From NCBI GenBank assembly GCA_043800705.1, contig JAZDMS010000010.1:128001-192000 (forward strand): a DNA stretch of 64,000 bases, read 5' to 3'. The DNA comes from Candidatus Altiarchaeota archaeon. Its GTDB lineage: Archaea > Altiarchaeota > Altiarchaeia > IMC4 > SCGC-AAA252-I15. The stretch's first letter is position 1. Each line of letters opens with the position of its first letter. Under the pieces are notes generated by a model. That model was not told the DNA's origin and searched no databases. It worked only from the letters and a program-made list of their open reading frames with translations. Positions 58,065 through 64,000 of the stretch are shown here, one piece after another. The position numbers were made by a program, and so were the translations under genes.

Positions 58065-58841
58065 CTATGCCTTGAGCGACTTCCCGTGCTTCTCCTTCAG
58101 CATCTTAACCGTCAGCCTGGCCAGCTCCTCGAGGTTTACTGTGTCGTCCCTGTTGTAGTCGACGAGCATCCTCAGCGCATCCTCGCCCGCGACCCTCCTG
58201 CCCGCGACTGTCACGGGCTTTTTGCTGCGGTAAGCATGCCAGAGGTAGACTGCGTCGAGGCCGGTGACTCCGTCGCTTCCGCGGGTGAGCCCAAGCTCTT
58301 TCTCGACGGCTTTGAGGCCTCCCCTGTAGCCCAAGGTCCGAAGCGGCTGCATGAGGTCGAGGTGTATCTGCGGGAACCTGAGGCCGAGGTTGTTGGACAG
58401 GAACGGCAGGTCGAACCTTGCGCCGTTGAACGTGACGATGTATTTGTACCCTGCTAGGTCGGCCTTCAGCTCCCCCATGTTCTGCTCATAGATGTACGTC
58501 TTGGTCCGCTTCGGGCTGTGGACGCAGACCGTCGTGACGTGGGCATAATCCGGCGAAAGCCCGGTGGTCTCGATGTCCAGATAGCATGCGCCGTCCTTGA
58601 ACGCGCCGTATGCGCGCCAGGCGAGCTTCCTCGGCAGGCACCTTGCGAAATACTCGTGGTCCTTGGCCTCAAGCCTGCTGATGCTCTCTTTGGCCCCGGC
58701 CTTGAGGCGGATATAGGCGTCCGCAGGCAGATTGAAATCGTCATCCAAGAGGCTCGACCAGCATCTGCATCCCCTGGCCCAGAGCCTCCTCTCGGTCCTT
58801 TCACCGACGCCGGGTATGTGTTGGAAAGTCGACTCAAGCAT
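58065..58841 (-). CDS. YprB-like RNase H-fold exonuclease
   Basis: IPGVGE (HhH), YLDIETTG, TFNGARFDLP, YNRDD. Confidence 0.88.
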   Translation of the reverse strand: MLESTFQHIPGVGERTERRLWARGCRCWSSLLDDDFNLPADAYIRLKAGAKESISRLEAKDHEYFARCLPRKLAWRAYGAFKDGACYLDIETTGLSPDYAHVTTVCVHSPKRTKTYIYEQNMGELKADLAGYKYIVTFNGARFDLPFLSNNLGLRFPQIHLDLMQPLRTLGYRGGLKAVEKELGLTRGSDGVTGLDAVYLWHAYRSKKPVTVAGRRVAGEDALRMLVDYNRDDTVNLEELARLTVKMLKEKHGKSLKA

Positions 58842-58894
58842 CAGAAGACATAAGGCACCAGAGTATTATAATATCCATGCCCTATCATTGTCCT

Positions 58895-59590
58895 ATGGGA
58901 ATCTTCAGGATCGCGTATCTGACTGCGCTCGCGGCGGCGCTGATACTCCTTGCGCCATCCATAGCCAACCACTTCGAATGGATGATCGGCGGCGAAGGGA
59001 TGCAGTACATCGTCAGGGGCCGCTGGGACATCGCCCTGGTCAACATCGCCTTCTTCTGCCTGTTCCTGATCCTGACGACGTACAAGCAGCATGTCAACTG
59101 GCGAAGCAGGAACATCTACGCGGCCTTCATAATCGCGCTCTTCGCCGAGATGTACGGCTTCCCCCTGACGGCATACTTCGTGTCCAGCTACCTCGGCGGC
59201 CCGGTCAGCGTCGACTACAGGCCGCAGTACCGCCTCGACTTCGACTTCATGGGCGTCATGTTCACGCTCCCGACGATGATGATAGTCGGAGGAGCCGTAA
59301 CTGTATTCGGCCTCTTCCTCATCAGCGCCGGCTGGTACCAGGTCTACAAGGGCAAGGGGAAGCTCGTCAGGGACGGCCTCTACCGGTATAGCCGGCACCC
59401 CCAATACGTGGGCATACTCCTTGTGACCCTGGGGTGGATAATACACTGGCCGACGATACCGACACTTGTCATGTGGCCGATCCTCGCGGTCGTCTACTAC
59501 CGCCTCGCGAAGGAAGAGGAGGCATACGTCGGGAAAAAGGGTGTGGAGGCGTTCGAAAAATACAAGAAGCAGACGCCGATGTTCATCTGA
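58895..59590 (+). CDS. isoprenylcysteine carboxyl methyltransferase/PEMT family membrane protein
   Basis: ALFAEMYGFPLT, GLYRYSRHPQY, EE, Y...TP.FI. Confidence 0.88.
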   Translation: MGIFRIAYLTALAAALILLAPSIANHFEWMIGGEGMQYIVRGRWDIALVNIAFFCLFLILTTYKQHVNWRSRNIYAAFIIALFAEMYGFPLTAYFVSSYLGGPVSVDYRPQYRLDFDFMGVMFTLPTMMIVGGAVTVFGLFLISAGWYQVYKGKGKLVRDGLYRYSRHPQYVGILLVTLGWIIHWPTIPTLVMWPILAVVYYRLAKEEEAYVGKKGVEAFEKYKKQTPMFI

Positions 59591-59593
59591 CCT

Positions 59594-60013
59594 TTACCTT
59601 GTGCTGAACTTGATCGTCCTCGCCAGCTGCTGGTGCTCGGTGTGCAGGTTCTTCATCGCCTTTATGAGGTCCGTCTCGGTGATGATCCCCGCCAGCTTCC
59701 CGGCTTCGGTAATGGCAAGCCTCCTGATGCCCTTGTCGCGCATGAGCTTCAATATGTCGTCGAGACTGGTGGATATGTCCGCGGTTATTACCGGGGAGCT
59801 CATCACCTCTCCGACCTTCGTCGCGGTCCGGTCCTTCCCCTCAAGGTAGATCCTAAGGAAATCCCGCTCGCTGATGATACCGACCGCTTTCTCGGCTTCC
59901 AACACCAGGATCGAGCTTATGCTCTTCCTTGACATCACCCTAGCCGCTTCCATCAGTGGGGCGTCGGGGCTGGTCGTTACCACCTCCCTGGTGATGATGT
60001 CTTTGAGCTCCAT
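59594..60013 (-). CDS. CBS domain pair protein
   Basis: GIISERD, MSSPV, GIITETD. Confidence 0.92.
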   Translation of the reverse strand: MELKDIITREVVTTSPDAPLMEAARVMSRKSISSILVLEAEKAVGIISERDFLRIYLEGKDRTATKVGEVMSSPVITADISTSLDDILKLMRDKGIRRLAITEAGKLAGIITETDLIKAMKNLHTEHQQLARTIKFSTR

Positions 60014-60136
60014 TGGCAGATAGAATCTTGTGCAGTGGAGCTAAAAAGCATTCCGTTTACTTTTCCTGCGCTCTAGGCGCCCCTGTTTATAAGCGCCCGG
60101 CAAACATCATAGCACTAGCTGATTGAAGCTAATAGA

Positions 60137-60166
60137 ATTTCCGGGGGATCGCTGGCCCCCGGAAAT
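60137..60166. terminator. perfect 11-bp GC-rich hairpin
   Basis: ATTTCCGGGGG-ATCGCTGG-CCCCCGGAAAT, 5 nt after the stop of 60172..61065; no U-tract. Confidence 0.45.
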
Positions 60167-60171
60167 GATTT

Positions 60172-61065
60172 CTAATACATGTGTCTTGTTTCCGGCAGGC
60201 AGGCCCCGTTGACGCAGCCTTTGGCGCATTTACCGTATGCGCTCTTCGCTTCTCCATTGCTGCAGTACCATTCCTGTATCCTCCTCTGCCCTACGCAGTC
60301 GTCGTTGTGGATGCCCCTGGGATCCGAGGACGTGCCGTTGGCGAAGAAGTCCCTTCCGCCGTCGGTTTCGGTGCAGGCTGACAGGGTCGTCGAGGTCGTC
60401 GGCACTGTGGTCGACGATGCCGTAACCTGCCCCGTGCCCGCCAAGGTAGTGGACGTGACGCTGGTGGTGGTCGTGGTACTGGTGGTCGACGTCTGCGACG
60501 TTGCCGTAACGGCCAAAGAAGTGGCGGTTATCGTCGTCCACGTCGAAGTCACCCATGTGGTTGGGTTGGAGTATTCGCCTGTGCAGGCGCCGCTGATGCA
60601 CATGTCAGGGCATATGTATGCCGTTGACATCGCCATTTTCCCCTTACAGTAGTATTCCCTGAGCCTGTGGTTGGTTATGCACCTGTCCTCCTTGTTGCCG
60701 TTGACGACCCCCCTCTTGAAATAGTCCGTCCCGTTGTCGGTGTCGGTGCAGACGTATGCGTGCGTTATGAGGTTGGGGTTGTCTGCGACGCATTCTCCGT
60801 CCGCGCAGCCGTATTCGCACCTGTGGATGACGGACCTCGCGGAGCCCGAGAGACAGTACCACTTCCTAAGGAATGTGGCGTTGACGCAGGTGTCGTTGTA
60901 GGCCCCGCTCGCGTCCCTCGTTATCCCCCAATGCAGGTAATCGAGGCTGTCGCCGGTTAAGCTGCAAATGCGCGTGGAATATGCGGTCGATAAGGCGGTC
61001 ACGGATACGGACGCAAGCATCACACAAAAGGCCGAAAATAACAGGCGGGACGTTCTCCTTTCCAT
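60172..61065 (-). CDS. secreted protein with three Cys-rich repeats
   Basis: Repeats of C.DTD.G.D....G…D.C…L.E.YC…C..GC..GAC plus Thr linker. Confidence 0.8.
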   Translation of the reverse strand: MERRTSRLLFSAFCVMLASVSVTALSTAYSTRICSLTGDSLDYLHWGITRDASGAYNDTCVNATFLRKWYCLSGSARSVIHRCEYGCADGECVADNPNLITHAYVCTDTDNGTDYFKRGVVNGNKEDRCITNHRLREYYCKGKMAMSTAYICPDMCISGACTGEYSNPTTWVTSTWTTITATSLAVTATSQTSTTSTTTTTSVTSTTLAGTGQVTASSTTVPTTSTTLSACTETDGGRDFFANGTSSDPRGIHNDDCVGQRRIQEWYCSNGEAKSAYGKCAKGCVNGACLPETRHMY

Positions 61066-61099
61066 GAATAAATGTTACTCATTTACCCTTAAATAGAGT

Positions 61100-61603
61100 T
61101 CAGAGGACGGCTCCGAAGATGGGCTTGACTATCGCCTTCGGCAGGATTTTCATGATGAGGCCGAGGATCATGGATAGTATGCCGTCGTTCTCGACCCTCA
61201 CGTTGGCTGCATACCTGGCGGTCCCGCTCTGTCCGCCGCTGTAGTGTATCAAAGCCGTTATCTGATAATCTCCAGCGGGAACCAGCCCCGGCACCTCGTA
61301 TGAGTTCGTGTTGTCCGTTGTCTCGAGCTCTTTCGGAAACTCGACGCTGTTTTCGATGTACGCCTCAAGGATCCCTCCGAGGGCGGAAGGGACAGAATTG
61401 ATCTCGACGCTGTCGACTACGATGTCGTCTGATTCCGCGTCGATCCTCACCGAGACGTCTGCAGCCTCGCCTGCCGTCACGACGGCGGTCTTCTTCGCGG
61501 GGTCGACTCCGTTGACTGAGACCTTGACGCTGAACGGGGCGGCGCATGCCGTCCCTGCAAGAACGAGGATGAAAAAAAACCCGAACACCGCACGCCTGTC
61601 CAT
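61100..61603 (-). CDS. secreted Ig-like protein with hydrophobic C-terminus
   Basis: Signal peptide; VPAGDYQI. Confidence 0.7.
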   Translation of the reverse strand: MDRRAVFGFFFILVLAGTACAAPFSVKVSVNGVDPAKKTAVVTAGEAADVSVRIDAESDDIVVDSVEINSVPSALGGILEAYIENSVEFPKELETTDNTNSYEVPGLVPAGDYQITALIHYSGGQSGTARYAANVRVENDGILSMILGLIMKILPKAIVKPIFGAVL

Positions 61604-61649
61604 GGAATGGATTATGAAGGCATATTAAAATAACCCCCTAATATGGGGT

Positions 61650-62957
61650 ATGGGTCCGCTTAGGTGGTTGTGCGTCCTGCTGGTCGCATCGACGCTTCTT
61701 TCCTCGTTCGCCATCGCCGCGACGTCAAAGGCTCCCATTAAATTGGTCGACGGCGACAAGCTAGAGGAGGATCTGAAGAACTCAGGCGGCCCCCTTGGCG
61801 AAATAATGACTGCGCTGTCGGCCGTGGAAGACGAGCTCGGAGCCGACTTCTCCACCCTCGATCAGAAAAGCGCATGGGTGATAACCGGCGAGGAACTAAA
61901 CGGCCCGGAGCGGGCCGCACTGGAGGCTGCGAAGGCCAATTCGCCTAAGATGTTCGCAGGAAGCGTGTCCGCGTCGGAGGTGTCCCTGCCGGATGTGAAA
62001 AAGAGCGCGAAACTGGTCGTCCTGATAGGAGGCCCAGCCCAGAACAGCATCAGCCGGCAGTTGGCGGATGAAGGCATCCTTTCGAAGGACCGGCACGAGT
62101 ACCTGAACCAGATCGTCATCGTCACGGGGAAATCCCCGGCGGGGGGGAAGTTCGTCGTCCTCTCCGACAAGCGGGGTTTCGTCAACATGCCGAGGAAGGC
62201 CGCGGCGTATTCTCCTCTCGCACTCTGCCTGCCGCTTCAGCTGGTGCCGGTCGTCGCTTCGATGTTCGGGGCGCTTCTCGCATCGATAATCACCCCTCTG
62301 GCGAACCTGGCTCAGACATACGTGGAGAACGTCATCGCGGAGAGGACGAAGAGCAAGATGGCGATTTCGCACGCGAAGTACAAGTTCGCGGGGATAAAGG
62401 CGCGGGAGGTCTTCGCCGTCGTCATGGCCTCCGTCGTCCTCGCCCTGGCGATATCGTGGACGTTCGCAGGCCCCACGTGGGACCTCCTGTGGCTGCTGCC
62501 GTTGAACGTCTTCGTCTGCCTCGTCGCAGGGTTCTCCCACGAGTCGGTCCACTGGGCGGCGGGCAGGGCCTTGAAGATAGAGACCGAGTACAGGTTCTGG
62601 CTTTCCGGCTCTCTGTCGACGATATTCTCCGCTTTCCTCGGGAATGCGTTCGGCCTCCAGGGCTTCCTCCTGGACGAGGTGAAGGAGGCGACGCCAAAAT
62701 GGAAGGTCGCATTGATGAAGATTTCCGCCCCGCTCTTCAGCGCCGCAGTCATGGTCTTCTTCGCAGCCGTCAACTTCTTCGTCCCCCACACGGTGTTCCA
62801 GATGATCTACTCCATCTCGGGCGTCCTGGCCATGGCGGAGATGCTGCCGTTCAAGCCCATGGACGGCTACGAGATAAGGAAATGGAATATTCTGGCGTGG
62901 TTCGTCGTCTTCTCAGGAGTGGGCGTCCTGTTCCTCGCAGCGAACTTCATCATCTAG
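61650..62957 (+). CDS. M50/site-2-protease-like membrane protein with N-terminal extracellular domain
   Basis: TM HESVH (HExxH), EMLPFKPMDG; N-terminal signal peptide and VLIGGPAQN. Confidence 0.7.
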   Translation: MGPLRWLCVLLVASTLLSSFAIAATSKAPIKLVDGDKLEEDLKNSGGPLGEIMTALSAVEDELGADFSTLDQKSAWVITGEELNGPERAALEAAKANSPKMFAGSVSASEVSLPDVKKSAKLVVLIGGPAQNSISRQLADEGILSKDRHEYLNQIVIVTGKSPAGGKFVVLSDKRGFVNMPRKAAAYSPLALCLPLQLVPVVASMFGALLASIITPLANLAQTYVENVIAERTKSKMAISHAKYKFAGIKAREVFAVVMASVVLALAISWTFAGPTWDLLWLLPLNVFVCLVAGFSHESVHWAAGRALKIETEYRFWLSGSLSTIFSAFLGNAFGLQGFLLDEVKEATPKWKVALMKISAPLFSAAVMVFFAAVNFFVPHTVFQMIYSISGVLAMAEMLPFKPMDGYEIRKWNILAWFVVFSGVGVLFLAANFII

Positions 62958-63571
62958 ATGCAGGCCCCGTCCCTGCACCCGTTAGCGCAGCGCTCAGAGG
63001 GAACGGCAGGCTGTGTCATGGTCTGGCCTACGAGCTTGACCTTCATCTTGCACTCCGCCCTAACGGTCCCCGGGCTGTTGCATAATGGATTAGTCTGCTG
63101 TCTGTAAACATCGCCGTCCTTGCAGACGTTCTCTATAACCTCCTGCCCGCAGTCGGAGTTCTTCACGCAGGCTATCGAGGCCTGGGTCGTGGTCGGCACA
63201 GGGGCGGTCGGCGTGGTCGGAGGCTCCGTGGTCGCGGTAGGCTCCGTCGTTGTGGTCGGCTCCTCCCCCAACTGCTCCTCCTCTTCGGGGGCCTGCTCAT
63301 CGGCCGGCGCATACTCCTCGCTGTCGCATACGCCGCTTCCGTCGCGGTCGAGGCAGCATGAGTCGCCGACCTGGATATACGGCTCCTGGCAGAACAGGGT
63401 CGTGGTGGTCGAACCGCCCTTGACCGCGTTCAAGGCCTTCCCAGGCACCGATGCGAGGCAGCCCGTCGACGGGGTGTCGTCGGAGTCCTCTGCGAAGGCG
63501 AGGCCGGAGCCGAAGAAGACGAAGAATGCCGACAATGCGGCGATGACCAATGAGGCGCTGTTTCGTGACAT
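62954..63571 (-). CDS. secreted Cys-rich, Thr-linker protein
   Basis: CQEPYIQVGDSCCLDRDGSGVCD, C..NSDCG, C.NGC.DGAC. Confidence 0.78.
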   Translation of the reverse strand: MSRNSASLVIAALSAFFVFFGSGLAFAEDSDDTPSTGCLASVPGKALNAVKGGSTTTTLFCQEPYIQVGDSCCLDRDGSGVCDSEEYAPADEQAPEEEEQLGEEPTTTTEPTATTEPPTTPTAPVPTTTQASIACVKNSDCGQEVIENVCKDGDVYRQQTNPLCNSPGTVRAECKMKVKLVGQTMTQPAVPSERCANGCRDGACI

Positions 63572-63604
63572 GGTTGAATATGTTGTCCTCTTAAAATAAA
63601 AATC

Positions 63605-64000
63605 CTATTGCTTCCCCCATATCCTCGTGTTGAGGTTGAGTTCGTCGGCGATTCCTATGATCAGTTGGAGGTCTTCGAAGTAGGGCCTGACCTGGTCGAA
63701 TTCCATCGTGGATTTGGACATGCTGGGCTCGAACAGGTTTTTCTTGTACGGGACTGCGACCATGATCCTGTTCCCGGTGAATGAGAAGTATACGTTCTTT
63801 CCGGTCTTGTCCCTGAACTCGGCCATCCTCTGCATCAGGGCCGGCGAGAGGATGTACCTCGCTTCGACCTGGTCTGTCCCGTAGACTACGAACAGCTTCT
63901 CGAATTCCGGGTCCTCCATCTTCACAAGATCCGGGCGGCCGCTTGTGTGCCCCTGGAAGAACGAGCCGATGAGTCCTCCAAACGCCTTTTGGGCGGTGTC
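63605..64000 (-). CDS. DUF3137-like protein (5' end outside window)
   Basis: EDPEFEKLFVVYGTDQVEARYILSP.LM, LNLNTRIW. Confidence 0.8.
   Translation of the reverse strand, partial: DTAQKAFGGLIGSFFQGHTSGRPDLVKMEDPEFEKLFVVYGTDQVEARYILSPALMQRMAEFRDKTGKNVYFSFTGNRIMVAVPYKKNLFEPSMSKSTMEFDQVRPYFEDLQLIIGIADELNLNTRIWGKQ

Noticed and set aside
60137-60166. SECIS element
   Set aside because: No GAA/A internal loop, and no in-frame UGA at a Cys position noticed in nearby genes
1-64000. Transposase, integrase, reverse transcriptase, rRNA
   Set aside because: No such motifs were recognised anywhere in the window

Overview
Archaeal chromosomal window. Evidence: HMf-type histone, eL34, archaeal adenylate and cytidylate kinases, DUF106, archaeal ValRS, a class III signal-peptide pilin, and TATA boxes about 25 nt before many start codons. 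The many Thr-rich and Cys-rich surface proteins suggest an Altiarchaeota/DPANN-like lineage (inference only). In order, the window holds: a low-GC radical SAM-SPASM/nitroreductase/regulator module; hicB with a frameshifted hicA; ppa and glutamine synthetase III; a glycosylation region (AglB-like paralog, GT39-like, GT2, two divergent cobalamin-dependent radical SAM genes); a trimeric group A [FeFe]-hydrogenase (hydC-hydB-hydA) head-to-head with gcvT, followed within about 16 kb by gcvH-PA-PB, lipA, lplB/A and lpdA; the adk-DUF106-eL34-cmk cluster led by an extended histone-fold gene; tRNA-Cys preceded by a hairpin-interrupted partial copy; valS, glmU, histone and MEMO1; an unannotated 29-aa bS22/mS38-like ORF; a CcdA/thioredoxin cluster; and many secreted proteins. 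Best candidates for novelty: the hydrogenase/glycine-cleavage/lipoate supercluster with a C-terminally truncated HydB, the bacterial-type bS22-like ORF, and the gene-polarised heptamer repeat family. All calls come from motif recognition by eye; no searches were run.
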